A DNA stretch of 63,126 nucleotides, filler included. It is 10 parts of 10 records of this genome, joined end to end, with 100 filler letters (N's around TTAATTAATTAA, not from the genome) between each part and the next. Parts side by side here need not be neighbours in the genome. Positions count along the whole stretch, not along the records: positions 1 to 5,002 come from SRR31147125_139381; positions 5,103 to 11,324 come from SRR31147125_139579; 8 more parts are not named here. One strand, given 5' to 3'. This document shows, piece by piece, positions 1-11,424 of this stretch. Within the stretch, counting starts at the first letter, position 1; each line of letters begins with the position of its first letter. The position numbers and the translations under genes are program-made. The notes below the pieces were generated by a model, which was not told where the DNA came from, ran no database searches, and worked only from the letters and a program-made list of their open reading frames with translations.

Positions 1-894
1 CGTGTCGGTCGTTCTCGGGATTTCTCACGGCGGTGCTATAAACATAGGTGGCACGACCGCCATAAAGCGGCGTGGGCACGAATTCGGATACGCAGTCGTC
101 CCGGCTGGAAGAAAGGCTCGGGGCCCGGCGCACGAAATCGCGATCCAGTTGTGTGCCCACCATATCCTGCCCCACGGACAGCCGGTCATCCAAAAGATGC
201 TCCGCAAGCTCTTCCGGCGGGTTCGACACGGCGATCACGACCCCTTGCGGATCCGCAAGAACCAGACGCAAATAGGGCGTGTGAAGGTCATTGATATACT
301 GAAGGTTACCGGTCGGGGCCTGGCGTTCGGTATCACTCAAAGGGTGGTTGCGATGCTTGGTCAGAAGCTGGCGAAACATCGGCGTCAATGCCCACCAGCA
401 CACATCGTTGGCACGCTCGTAGAGGTTGCGGTCGGCGATATTGTTCCCCTGAAAGGCGCGGAACCGTACATCATTGAACAACGAGGTCACGATGGTTCCC
501 TGCAGATTATGGATGGCTGCGTTAAACAGGTCGTCGATCTCTTCGCCGATCCATTTCACGTATTGAAGGACCTCCACGAAGGCCTTGGCCTGGAATTTGG
601 TGGCCTTGACCCGGCCATTGATGCTGTCCAGCTTCATGTCGTCCAGCAGTTCCTCGGCCGAGTGTTTGATGGATGAAAGCTCTCCGAGAAGTCCTGTAGT
701 TTTCCCACGAGCGCCTTGTCCAGGGCGTCACCGGAATGCTGGGCGTTGAATGCGAGCTCGACATCGATCATGCCGGCAGTAATGGCGCCGGCCCAGCGGG
801 TATTGATGGAGTGAAATTTATCCAGGTAACGGGTAACGACGGGAATGGATTTGGTCAGTCTGTCTTGGTTGTTCCGAATAACGTTTGGATCCAT
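1..894 (-). pseudogene. Chemotaxis-associated Cache-type protein (DRNLYERAND..WWALT family); frameshifted near 670-690 and running off the contig end
   Basis: The ORF starting MDPNVIRNN (GAGG RBS) stops at 634. A different minus frame continues SIKHSAEELLDD...NIADRNLYERANDVCWWALTPMFR...SEFVPTPLYGGRATYVYSTAVR to position 1. I recognise this motif from large CheW/Cache chemotaxis proteins. Confidence 0.55.
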
Positions 895-1717
895 GGATAG
901 TCCTCGCACTCCGAATCACCAGGGAATTAGAAATTTGTACCAATCAGCCGCAAGGTTCGCGTGTCGCATGTCATCATCGGTCGTTTTTCATAAGACCTTA
1001 ACAACAATCTCCCACAAGGTGTATATTATTACATTTTTGTTTTTTTATGGCCTCGCTATCAGCCTGTGCACCGACCAGTCCAGCATTCAGGAAATGCTGG
1101 CGCCTTGATTGACGCCAGTGCCGGACGGACCGAAGTGGTTGGCGGCTGATCAATTGCTCAGGCCAGCGCCCTGCGCCCAATAAAGCATGTCCGTTCAGCA
1201 TACAAATATACTTGTACAGGCCCAGTCCTTTGTAGTAAGTCACCCTTTCCCATCGGCGGAGGAATCGGCACGCTTGATCCTTTTTCCGGTAAGTATTCAT
1301 GCTGTGCACCACGCCGGCGCTCCTTTTTTCATGATTCCCCGGACAAGGTCGGCGGCAGCGTGGTTTTCCAAGGGTTGGCGAGGATTGACACGTATTTTAG
1401 GGACGTCACCATGATAAACAGGAAAGATGCTTTTTTAATCGGTTCCCTTTTCTGAATAGCCTGAACCAAACATACCCGAGAAAAGTTGAATTTGTCGTCA
1501 CGCCCCGCAATACGCCTGACAATCTGCGGGTGGCATTTTGCATGGGACCGGATGATATTGTTATCGAGGTGATGCAACGGCTTTAGCCAAAACTGAGCGT
1601 TTAAACAAAATGGGCACCGTCATAAAACGATGTTTGTTAAGATGACCCAACAAATGGTATGATCGTTCCGATGAAATTCTCATACCAATTCAAATCCCAG
1701 CTTTATTCAGGGGACCA

Positions 1718-2599
1718 GTGAAAAGACTGCTCGTGACCGGCGCAAGCGGATTTCTGGGCTGGAATGTGATCCACCATGCCATGGGCGGGTGGGATGTGCA
1801 TGGCATCTGCCTGACCCATCCCGTGGCCATCCCCGGCGCGAGGATCATCCGGGTGGACATTACCCGTTATCAGGACCTTAAAAAGATCGTTTTCGAGGTC
1901 ATGCCGGCCGCGGTGATCCACGCAGCCGCGATATCCGACCCCAACGCCTGTGAACAAAACCCCGGCCAATCCAGAACCATCAACACCGATGCATCCATCC
2001 ATCTGGCCGGACTGTGCGCGGAGCTGGACATTCCCTGTCTGTTCGTCTCGTCCGATCTGGTCTTTGCCGGGACCAATGCACCCTACGCCGAAGACGATGA
2101 ACCTTGCCCCGTGAGTGCGTATGGCGATCAGAAGGTTCTGGCCGAAAAGGGCATGAGAAAAGTCTGCCCCCTGACCGTTGTTTGCCGCCTGCCCCTGATG
2201 TACGGAGATCCCGGGCCGGTAGCGACAAATTTCCTCCAGCCGTTGGCCCGGGCCTTGTCGACAGGACCTCCACCGAGGTTGTTCATTGACGAGTACCGAA
2301 CCCCACTCAGCGGCCGGTCTGCCGCAAAAGGACTGATGACGGCCCTTAGGACGCTTCCGCCGATTGTCCATCTGGGCGGAACGGAGCGAATCAGCAGATA
2401 CGAATTCGGCTGCGTGCTGGCGGATGTACTCGGTCTTTCACGGTCCAATATCATTGCTTGCCGGCAAAAAGAGATGGATATGCCGGCCAACCGTCCTCCG
2501 GATGTTTCTCTTGACAGTAGCCGGGCCCATGCCATGGGATTCACCCCGGGGTCTATCCGCGAAGAATTGGACTTCCTGAAATCCCGTTTGGAGTATTGA
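1718..2599 (+). CDS. dTDP-4-dehydrorhamnose reductase-like (RmlD family) extended SDR
   Basis: GASGFLG Rossmann motif, HAAA, SSDLVF, YGDQK (YxxxK), and C-terminal RPPDVSLDS. Confidence 0.85.
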   Translation: MKRLLVTGASGFLGWNVIHHAMGGWDVHGICLTHPVAIPGARIIRVDITRYQDLKKIVFEVMPAAVIHAAAISDPNACEQNPGQSRTINTDASIHLAGLCAELDIPCLFVSSDLVFAGTNAPYAEDDEPCPVSAYGDQKVLAEKGMRKVCPLTVVCRLPLMYGDPGPVATNFLQPLARALSTGPPPRLFIDEYRTPLSGRSAAKGLMTALRTLPPIVHLGGTERISRYEFGCVLADVLGLSRSNIIACRQKEMDMPANRPPDVSLDSSRAHAMGFTPGSIREELDFLKSRLEY

Positions 2600-2652
2600 T
2601 AAAATCAATCGTCGCATGAAGAAAAAGGCGTGGCTTTTCACAGCGATGCCGT

Positions 2653-5002
2653 TCATTTGATTGACAGACTGAATTCAACCAGGCCCGTTTCGCCTTCCGG
2701 TCCGGTTTTGATATGAACCGGTTTAACGTCAATACGCACAGAATCGATACCGGCCTGTTCTATCAGATAAACACTCACATTGTCGACCCGCTGTTGGGCA
2801 AGTGCTTTCAGTTCTTTGATGTCGACGGCCTCGACGCTAACCGCTTCGGGCGCTGTTTTCTCTTTATCCTGCGAATCGCCTCCAGGGGCGCTTTTCTCGG
2901 GCAATTCTCCCATTATGGCAGCTCCGTCCATCCGTCTGTCGGCCGATCCCTCGACAACCAGGATCAAGGCGTCTTTCTCCTTCAGATAACTTGCCAGCGC
3001 ATTCAGTTTTTGGATCTCCCTTTCCGTTAAGGCGGAGGTCCCATAATCGAAGGCGACAAGGCTCAACGCTTCACCCGTAAATCCGTCGATTTCCTTGATC
3101 GCTGAAAACGGCTCACTGCCGGCCTTATCAATGGTACCCGTGAGTGCGCTCTTAATGGTTTTAGCAAAATCAAAACGTGGGTCATGGACATCGCCGACCA
3201 CGGGCACCTGCAACGCGATACGGCCGCTTTTATCCTTTAATAGCGTCACGCCAAGCTTGATGGGCAGGTTGATTGCGTCGGGACTGTCGACCGCTTCACC
3301 CAATTCCAGGCCATCGATGGTGATTACGTTGTCGCCATCCACATGATCGTCGTCAATTTTATATTTCAAGTCCGTGTGCAACGTTCCTTCGGCAATCTTG
3401 TAGCCAATGTATTTCCCCGAGTAAGGGGACATCGATTTTAACGCGAAATCTTTCAATGACAAATCGACCTTGCTGTACTGCAGGGCATTCATGGGATTCA
3501 TCCTGCCGGAGGCATTGATGGTGGCTTTCCGATCGATACTGCCGGCAAGCTTGAAGTCGGACCGGGTTGACGGTTCGGAGGACAATCCGTTGACCGTGAC
3601 ATCGGTGATTTCCATGTGCGTGTTGAAGGTGGGGGCGACGGAAGCATCCATGAAATCCCCCGTAAAGCCTTGAAGACGGACCCGATCCACATGGATCGGC
3701 ATGGGACCTTTAAATTCCATGATCAAAAAGTTGACCAGGCGTTGCAGCAGGTCTTCCTCCCCCGAGTCCTTATTCTTATCTACCGGTGTGAAGGCCTTGA
3801 TAACATTGATCACGCCGGCTTCATTGATGGTCACGCCGGCGTGCGGCTGGTCGATGAGGACATCCGCTACGGAGAGTTTGTTGGGCAGCAATTCCAATGC
3901 GATTCCGCCGGTCTTGATGTGCGCCAGAGTGACAAAGTCATCGGATTGGACCTGGTCCTGCAATTCCAGTTCATCGAGGCTGAATTCGCCCTCATACCGG
4001 ATTTGCGGTTGGGCATCCTTGCCCCGGTATCGGATGCGTCCTTTCGAGCTGATAGTGCCGCTGATGATCTGAGCGTTGACCGCATCGTCAACATAAGCTT
4101 GAAACGGCTTCAAGTCGATTTTTGTCGTAACAGTCTTGAAATCAGCCAGCAATGGATCGATGCCCGCCGATCCGTTGATCTTGACTTGGCCCGCCCGGTT
4201 GATCAGCATGGTCACATCGACGGTCGCCTGGGTGTCTTTTTGAATTGAGAGATTCTCGACCACGGCACGAATGCCGTCAACCGACATTTTAGCCGGGTGC
4301 GTCAGGGTCCGATCCTCAAAGGCGATCCCCCAGTCGGTCACCTCCATTCTTTTGAGGGTTACCTGCCACGGTTGCGTATGGGGCGTTTCAGGTGCGGGGT
4401 CGTTAGCGGACTTTTCCCCCATAATTTTTTCCAGATCCTTGAGCAACATCTGTTGGAGGGCGATGGTGCCATCGGCTGAAAGCCATGAGTTGATTCGGGC
4501 ATCCGTGGTTTGAACCAAGTCGACAGTAATATCATGGGGTTTTAAATCCGCATGGATCCCTTCGGCGGAAAAAGCCGGCAAGGCAATCAACACCGTCTTC
4601 TGGCCCTTCTCCACCAATTCGAAATCGTCGAGTTGAATCCCGCCGTTTTCCAGACGGGCGATGAGTCCACTGTCATCGATTGCGGCGAAAAAGTCGCAGG
4701 CCATACCGACCCTACCCTTGACAATCTGGAAAGACACGAGATCCTTAAGATGTTCCCAGTGACGACTGAGCTGTGCATTCCTCGTGGTAACGTGCCCCTG
4801 GAGTCTGAGCGGATTGAGTTCAAGGTCGCCGCTAAGATCGAATGTGCCGCCGATGGGCCCCTTTCCAGTAATTTTAAATTCACCCTTACGCCCTTCCAGG
4901 GTGCTGAGATTCTCTAACGTAAAGGTTATCGGGGTGATGACGTCGTGGACTGGCCCAGTGGATGCCAGATCCTCGAAGGTGAATTTTCCGTTGGTTACTT
5001 CT
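2653..5002 (-). CDS. DUF748 domain envelope protein with OmpA-like C-terminal region (5' truncated)
   Basis: The frame stays open from 4737 to the contig end. It contains SPYSGKYIGY, LPIKLGVTLLKD..G.I.L.VPV.GD..DP.F and a C-terminal VAFDYGTSAL...VEGSAD. Confidence 0.75.
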
Positions 5003-5102
5003 NNNNNNNNNNNNNNNNNNNNNNNNNNNNNNNNNNNNNNNNNNNNTTAATTAATTAANNNNNNNNNNNNNNNNNNNNNNNNNNNNNNNNNNNNNNNNNN
5101 NN
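5003..5102. other. Artificial contig spacer (N44-TTAATTAATTAA-N44). The same spacer occurs at 11325-11424, 17750-17849, 23315-23414, 29214-29313, 34457-34556, 42262-42361, 47997-48096 and 55782-55881.
   Basis: Identical 100-nt linkers with stops in all six frames; composition and gene content change abruptly across them. Confidence 0.99.
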
Positions 5103-5127
5103 TACCAGACAACTTGTGTCCAGGTAC

Positions 5128-5979
5128 TTAATGATCGGGATTGAGCCTTGCTGAGCAGAATTTGCAAAATACGGCATCTGAGTCATGCCCTTCAGAGAGG
5201 CACTCCGGACAGACCTGAGTGGTGACGGGCTTGGCACTTGCGCGGGCGAGCTCCGTAGTGACAATTCCAGTGGGAACGGCAATGATACCATATCCCAGAA
5301 TCATGATCATGGATGCCATGGTTTGACCTGCCGGAGTTTGGGGAGAGATATCTCCATAGCCCACCGTGGTCATGGTGACAATGGCCCAATAGATGCTTTT
5401 GGGAATACTGGTGAATCCGTTTTCCGCCCCTTCGATGAGGTACATGAGAGAGCCGAAAATCACGGTGAGACTGAGCACTCCGAGCAAAAACACCGCGATC
5501 TTACGTCGACCGGCCCAAAGCGCCTCGGAAAGGGCCCGGGACTCCCCGATATAGTGGACCAGCTTCAGCACCCTGAAAATTCGGATGACCCTCAGCACCC
5601 GAATGACGATCAGATAACGGCTTCCGGGGAAGAGAAGACTGAGATAGGTGGGCAGAATGGCCAAAAGATCCACCAAACCGAGAAAGCTCTTTGCATATCG
5701 AAGCGGATGACGAACAGAGTAGAGCCGAAGCAGATACTCCAAGGTAAAGAGCAGGGTCAAGCCCCACTCCATGCCATTCAGCCAACTGCCCAACGCGTCA
5801 TTGACGGCTGCTACGCTGTCCAGCATCACCACCGCCACACTCACGATGATGGAGAAGATCAGCAGCAGATCAAACCGTTTTCCGGCAATGGTATCCGCTT
5901 CGAATATGATCTCATGCAGTCGATCTCGAAAAGCGTGCTTTGCAGCCCGTTTAGCAGGATTTACAGCACCTTCATGCAT
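5128..5979 (-). CDS. Voltage-gated-type potassium channel (ion transporter)
   Basis: TMTTVGYGD selectivity filter, Arg-rich S4 segment (RVLRVIRIFRVLKL), and C-terminal CxxC...CxxC. Confidence 0.92.
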   Translation of the reverse strand: MHEGAVNPAKRAAKHAFRDRLHEIIFEADTIAGKRFDLLLIFSIIVSVAVVMLDSVAAVNDALGSWLNGMEWGLTLLFTLEYLLRLYSVRHPLRYAKSFLGLVDLLAILPTYLSLLFPGSRYLIVIRVLRVIRIFRVLKLVHYIGESRALSEALWAGRRKIAVFLLGVLSLTVIFGSLMYLIEGAENGFTSIPKSIYWAIVTMTTVGYGDISPQTPAGQTMASMIMILGYGIIAVPTGIVTTELARASAKPVTTQVCPECLSEGHDSDAVFCKFCSARLNPDH

Positions 5980-7433
5980 CTGTTCCTACCGTTTTCTTTG
6001 GCCATGTAGAGTGCTTGATCGGCCCGAGTCACAATGGAGTTTTCATCTTTATCATCCAATAAATTCCATTGACTCACCCCGAGACTGACTGTCACTTCAA
6101 TCTCTCGACTCGACCACTTGAACGGGGTCTCTTCCACAGCTTCCCGGATCTTTTCCGCCATGATAAACGCATCATCCAGCCGGCACTCCTTCAGCAGAAT
6201 CACAAACTCCTCACCGCCCCAGCGGCACATATAATCGGACTCTCTCAGCTGATCCCGCACCGTCATTGCCAGTTGCTTAAGGATGTTGTCTCCGGCAATA
6301 TGACCGTAGATATCGTTGACCTCTTTGAAATGATCGATATCCATAATGACCACGGAAAAAGGAATAAACCGACGATGGACCTCTTTAATCAGCTCTTTAA
6401 AAAGAATGGAAAAGGCTTGACGATTATAGATTTGAGTCAATTTATCCAGAGTAGCCATCTCCTCCAGCTTCCGCTGATATGTCGACAGGGTCAGGTGGGT
6501 CAAAAACAGAGCGCTGGCGGTGATCAATATGCAGATGACCAGATTGACGATGAGCGTCACCAGAACCTGTCGCACCGCTTTTGCTTCACACTGCTCCACC
6601 AAAAGATACCACTTCAGCTCCGGGATATAGCGAGTATTCAACAGATAGGAATTTCCATGCTTTTTATAATGCAAGGAAAGCCGACTGTTGGAAAGAATAT
6701 CCGAAGCATGTGCCGACAACCCCTCCACATCCTGGATGGCTGAAACACTTTTATCTCCATTGATTCCCTGGAGTACGATTTTACCGCTTTGATCCACAAA
6801 AAAGATAGTTCGGCCATACGCTGTTTGATATTCTTCAATCAATGCCTTGACTGCCGAAACCGTCAATCCTACCCCTGCAACTCCGATATATTTCCCGTCA
6901 TAATCGTATACCCGGTAGTTAATGAAAATGGTCATGGTATCGTGGTTGGCCATATCGGGATCCACATTGGTCTCGTAATCCGCAGGCATGTTTCGAACTC
7001 TAAAATACCATTTGTCCCGCACGTCATCTTCAGAGATCTTTTTCAGTATCCCGCCGGCCTGATAATATAGTTTCGTTTTCTCGGAAACAAAAAAGCTGGT
7101 GATGGTTTTATACCGTGTTTTGATCTCTTTCAAATAACGGATAATCCGTTTGGGCTCCATTTCTCCGGCAATGACCCAATCTCTCAAAAAGGTATCCGAC
7201 GCCATAAGGGAAGAGATAAAAATGGGCTGAAGAAGATCACGCTGAATCTCGGAATAGATATTGTCACTGGTCAAGGGCAGTTCGTTATCCAGAATCTCCG
7301 TTCGCAATGACGATCTGGAGACCCAATAACTGGCCAGACTGGTGACCAGAAAACCGGCAATCAAAATAAGGCTCAGGACGACAATGAGACGCCCCTTTCT
7401 CTTCTTCATGGGGAATTCGATGGGATCCTTCAT
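5961..7433 (-). CDS. Membrane sensor diguanylate cyclase (TM-Cache-TM-GGDEF)
   Basis: DIDHFKEVNDIYGH and RWGGEEF motifs, with two TM segments flanking an extracytoplasmic domain. The start is uncertain (7433 or 7409). Confidence 0.9.
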   Translation of the reverse strand: MKDPIEFPMKKRKGRLIVVLSLILIAGFLVTSLASYWVSRSSLRTEILDNELPLTSDNIYSEIQRDLLQPIFISSLMASDTFLRDWVIAGEMEPKRIIRYLKEIKTRYKTITSFFVSEKTKLYYQAGGILKKISEDDVRDKWYFRVRNMPADYETNVDPDMANHDTMTIFINYRVYDYDGKYIGVAGVGLTVSAVKALIEEYQTAYGRTIFFVDQSGKIVLQGINGDKSVSAIQDVEGLSAHASDILSNSRLSLHYKKHGNSYLLNTRYIPELKWYLLVEQCEAKAVRQVLVTLIVNLVICILITASALFLTHLTLSTYQRKLEEMATLDKLTQIYNRQAFSILFKELIKEVHRRFIPFSVVIMDIDHFKEVNDIYGHIAGDNILKQLAMTVRDQLRESDYMCRWGGEEFVILLKECRLDDAFIMAEKIREAVEETPFKWSSREIEVTVSLGVSQWNLLDDKDENSIVTRADQALYMAKENGRNRCMKVL

Positions 7434-7820
7434 CACTTCAACTTTCACATTTGCAAAATTTGGGAAATCGTTTTGATTCGAACGCTGTAGCAGCCGCTGC
7501 CGAATGGATTTTTCAGAATCTACATCGCACATGGTCACGCGTGATACAGCTAAATCGGCAAATCATTTTTTTCATGCCGTATCTACGTTACCACACATTT
7601 CCATCCGCTGAAAACCCTTGAATTTATCCATACCCGCAGATATACTTTCTTTAATCCCAATTATACCCAATCAAGCAGTTTGTTCGGCCACACTCTATGA
7701 AACAGGAATTTTTCATCATTCATACCCAATTATTTCTTTAACTCGATATTCGAGTTTAGGGTACTTATCCCTCTCGGCTGGGTTAGGGAAGAATGAGTAA
7801 GAAGAAAGGAACAGTGACAC

Positions 7821-9020
7821 ATGGCATTGTGGGAAAAAGCCAAAGGCGAATTTATCGACATTATCGAGTGGACCGATGATTCATCCAACACCATGGTCTA
7901 CCGGTTTCCAAGATACGACAATGAAATCAAATACGGCGCTCAGTTGGTCGTTCGTCAAGCCCAAGCTGCTGTTTTTGTAAATAAAGGAGACATTGCCGAT
8001 GCGTTTCCCTCCGGTCAATACCGCCTGGAAACCGACAATCTGCCCATTCTCTCCACCCTTGCCGGTTGGAAATACGGATTCCACACTCCTTTCAAGGCGG
8101 AAGTCTATTTCGTCAATCTGAAAAACTTCACCAACCTGAAATGGGGAACCCGGAATCCGGTCATCCTGAAAGATCCGGAGTTCGGACCGGTCCGCCTTCG
8201 CTCTTTCGGCACCTATGTGATCAAAATTACCGATCCCAAGCGATTCATCAAAGAGATCGTGGGAACGGACGGTCTTTTTACTGTGGAGAAGGTGGAAGAG
8301 CAGCTCAGAAATCTCATTGTCAGCCGCTTTTCCGATCTGTTGGGGGAAAAGAAGCTGCCGGTGACGGATCTCACGGCCAATTATGATGAACTATCCGCCA
8401 TTCTCACCCGAATCATCGCTCCGGAATTTATGGAATACGGCCTGGATCTGACCAAACTGCTTGTGGAGAACATCTCTTTGCCCGTTGAAGTGGAAGAAGC
8501 GTTGGATAAACGGAGCAGCATGGGCGTGATCGGCAATCTGGATGAGTATTTCAAATACCAGAGCGCCAACGCCATGGAGAGGGCGGCTCAAAATCCCGGA
8601 GGAGATGCGGCATCTGGGATCGGGATGGGGATGGGCTTTGCCATGGCCAATCAGATGGGCAATGCCCTGTCAGGTCAAGGTCAAACAGAGCCCTTTTCCG
8701 GCGGTCATTCAACAGTCGGCATTCAAAATCATGCGGGGGCTGACCCGGAGCCGGCTCACCGAAAAACGAATGATGCAATAGGACGACGGGAGCCGCCTCC
8801 GATTCCGGAAGCGCAACCGGAGATGGAATACTATGTGGCCATCAATGGAAAGAAAATCGGGCCTCTGGCGCTGAAAGTGATCCTGCACAATATTAAAAAA
8901 GGGAAAATCAACAAGAAGACACTGGTGTGGCATCAAGGACTAAAGGATTGGCAACGGGCGAAGAGCATTGAGGCCTTCTCCGAGAGCTTTCAGATGCTTC
9001 CCCCCCTTCCCATTGAATGA
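7821..9020 (+). CDS. SPFH/band-7 domain protein (YdjI-like) with C-terminal GYF_2 domain
   Basis: N-terminal EFIDIIEW, KWGT..P motif, GIGMGMGFAMA linker, and C-terminal YYVAING..GP...TLVW..GL..W. Confidence 0.85.
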   Translation: MALWEKAKGEFIDIIEWTDDSSNTMVYRFPRYDNEIKYGAQLVVRQAQAAVFVNKGDIADAFPSGQYRLETDNLPILSTLAGWKYGFHTPFKAEVYFVNLKNFTNLKWGTRNPVILKDPEFGPVRLRSFGTYVIKITDPKRFIKEIVGTDGLFTVEKVEEQLRNLIVSRFSDLLGEKKLPVTDLTANYDELSAILTRIIAPEFMEYGLDLTKLLVENISLPVEVEEALDKRSSMGVIGNLDEYFKYQSANAMERAAQNPGGDAASGIGMGMGFAMANQMGNALSGQGQTEPFSGGHSTVGIQNHAGADPEPAHRKTNDAIGRREPPPIPEAQPEMEYYVAINGKKIGPLALKVILHNIKKGKINKKTLVWHQGLKDWQRAKSIEAFSESFQMLPPLPIE

Positions 9021-9050
9021 TGAATCAAGAAAACGTGAGGAATATTGCCC

Positions 9051-9707
9051 ATGGCAAAATGTATCAATTGCTCAGCTCCCCTTCCGCCCAACTCCATTGT
9101 GTGTGACTATTGCGGCAGTCGCAACGACACCGATTTGTTCGGCGTTCACACCTATACCACCCATGAGCTGGAATCCGGACGCATCTGCCCCCGATGCGAT
9201 GTCTCTTTGCAGACCATCGATCTGAAGATCCACGGCAAATTTTTCATTGAACGATGCGATCGATGTATGGGCCTATTTTTCGATCCCGGTGAGCTGGAAA
9301 CGCTGTTGGAAGCATCGGTGAAGCATGTTTACAGTATCAACTTCAAAAAATTATCCAACATCACCAACGCCATGACACCCGATGGGCAAAAGGTGTCTTA
9401 CATCAAATGTCCGGTCTGTTCGAAAATCATGAATCGGGCCAACTTCGGCACCCGGAGCGGCGTGATTGTCAATGGGTGTACCGATCATGGGATCTGGTTG
9501 GATGGCGGCGAGCTTCGCCGTCTGTTTGAATGGAAAAAAGCAGGCGGCACGTTACTGCATGAACAGCGTCAATTGGAGACCGCCCGGGAGAAAGAGAAAC
9601 GAGAAAAAGAAAAAACAGCTGAGGCTCAATTTTATGGAATAACCGAAGAGACGCAGAATCATGGGATTGGCGCACTGTTGGATGGGGTTGTTTCCTGGCT
9701 ATTTTAG
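9051..9707 (+). CDS. Zinc-ribbon (zf-TFIIB-like) repeat protein
   Basis: Several CxxC pairs; CPRC...C.RC.G.FFDPGELE and CPVC...C.DHGIWLDGGEL. Confidence 0.8.
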   Translation: MAKCINCSAPLPPNSIVCDYCGSRNDTDLFGVHTYTTHELESGRICPRCDVSLQTIDLKIHGKFFIERCDRCMGLFFDPGELETLLEASVKHVYSINFKKLSNITNAMTPDGQKVSYIKCPVCSKIMNRANFGTRSGVIVNGCTDHGIWLDGGELRRLFEWKKAGGTLLHEQRQLETAREKEKREKEKTAEAQFYGITEETQNHGIGALLDGVVSWLF

Positions 9708-9861
9708 TATCTTACATCTCGACTCATGTCGAAGAAAACAAAAACTTTGGTGAAAGGTACTTTTGGGTTGAAGGTTTCCCGCGTCAGCGATTTATTGCTT
9801 GCTCCCTACTTCTCTTTTTTCACATTAACTCCACCCCCTAAAAATACCTTTGAAAAATTCT

Positions 9862-10878
9862 TCACAACCTCATCCATGCAGCAGTGGTATCCAGCATCCG
9901 ATTGGCATAGGCCCATTCATTATCGAACCACGCCAATATCTTGACCAAATTCTCTCCACTGACCCGTGTCTGACTGCCGTCCACAATGGAAGAGCGGGAA
10001 TCATGATTGAAGTCGCAAGAAGCCAGAGGCTCTTCGGTATAGCCTAAAATTCCCGCCAATCGGCCGATGGAAGCGGCATCTCGAAGCATATCGTTCACCG
10101 TTTCCACATCCACACGCGTTTTCACCACCAGCGTAATGTCCAACGCCGAAACATTGATGGTGGGTACCCGCATGGAGACCGCCTGAAATCGACCGCTGAG
10201 CTGAGGCAGGATTCGCTCGATTCCTTTGGCAAGCTCGGTATCCACCGGGATGATGGATTGCCCGGCACAGCGTGTCCGGCGAAGATCATGATGATGGTAG
10301 GCATCGATCACCGGCTGATCGTTCATCACGGAGTGGATGGTGGTGATGATGCCCGACGCGATCCCCACCCGGTCATCCATCACCTTCAACACCGGAATGC
10401 TGCAGTTGGTGGTACATGACGCATTGGAGACAATGGTGTGATCGGCCTGCAAGGTCTCTTCGTTGATACCGTAAACGATTGTGGCGTCCACATCTTCCTC
10501 GGCGGGCTGGGAAAAAAGAACTTTCCGTGCACCGCTTTTGAGATGCGCTTTTGCCACCTGCCTTGATGTGAACGCGCCGGTACACTCCAGCACCACATCC
10601 ACATCCAGTTCTTTCCAGGGGAGTTGATCCAGCTCACGCTCATGGCTGATTCGGATTCGGTTGTTATTGACGAACAGATCCTTTTCACAGATCTCCACAC
10701 TGCCGGAAAAGCGTCCATGGGTGGTATCGTATTTTGTCAGATGGGCAATGGTCTTGGTTTCAGACAGCTCATTGATGGCCACCACTTCCAGGTTTCGGTA
10801 ATGGTGCGATTCATACAGCGCCCTTAACACAGATCGGCCGATCCGGCCGTAGCCATTGATTGCAAGTCGATATCCCAT
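9862..10878 (-). CDS. epd: Erythrose-4-phosphate dehydrogenase (GAPDH family)
   Basis: [19 protein letters not shown] and ASCTTNC motifs, plus the Epd-type LFSQP and [20 protein letters not shown]. Confidence 0.8.
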   Translation of the reverse strand: MGYRLAINGYGRIGRSVLRALYESHHYRNLEVVAINELSETKTIAHLTKYDTTHGRFSGSVEICEKDLFVNNNRIRISHERELDQLPWKELDVDVVLECTGAFTSRQVAKAHLKSGARKVLFSQPAEEDVDATIVYGINEETLQADHTIVSNASCTTNCSIPVLKVMDDRVGIASGIITTIHSVMNDQPVIDAYHHHDLRRTRCAGQSIIPVDTELAKGIERILPQLSGRFQAVSMRVPTINVSALDITLVVKTRVDVETVNDMLRDAASIGRLAGILGYTEEPLASCDFNHDSRSSIVDGSQTRVSGENLVKILAWFDNEWAYANRMLDTTAAWMRL

Positions 10879-11016
10879 AATCGTATCCCTTCTTCCGTAA
10901 CGATCTCTTTCGTTCTCCATCATTCCGAATAAGCCGGGCAAATAGCATATATTAAAGGGTTTGTCACCCTACTGAATTCAATTTTCCGCTGATTTTTTCC
11001 CATTTTCAATTTTTCC

Positions 11017-11054
11017 TTGACATACCATTATTAGTGAGTGAGGATTACTCACTA
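11017..11054 (+). promoter_or_regulatory. TTGACA box followed by an 8-bp perfect inverted repeat (putative repressor operator)
   Basis: TTGACA at 11017-11022; TAGTGAGT (11032-11039)-N7-ACTCACTA (11047-11054). Confidence 0.4.
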
Positions 11055-11424
11055 GAAATAATGAACAGCGATTATTTATTAAATAGTTTATTTGAAAGCT
11101 GTCGACAGCCATAGCCGGATCACAGCTTTCGATCTGAGATGTGAATAGGCCACTCATGAGCGTTCATTAGAAAGTCTCCATAAAATGCTGTAATAAAAAA
11201 ACTTTCACGCATCGTTGTGATGCGCCGACAAACATGGAGGTTTAGTGTGATTATCAATCAGATCATCTGAATGTCGAATTATCAAAAAATGACAATAATA
11301 TCTAAATAATATAAATGAAAAAAANNNNNNNNNNNNNNNNNNNNNNNNNNNNNNNNNNNNNNNNNNNNTTAATTAATTAANNNNNNNNNNNNNNNNNNNN
11401 NNNNNNNNNNNNNNNNNNNNNNNN

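Noticed and set aside
2-676. 224-aa plus-strand ORF and many similar long antisense ORFs (e.g. 5185-6009, 6069-6743, 53422-54102)
   Set aside because: They are shadows of real genes on the opposite strand and carry no recognisable motifs
1070-1120. Hairpins such as CCAGCATT-N5-AATGCTGG in the long C1 intergenic region as an ncRNA
   Set aside because: The stems are short and match no family I recognise
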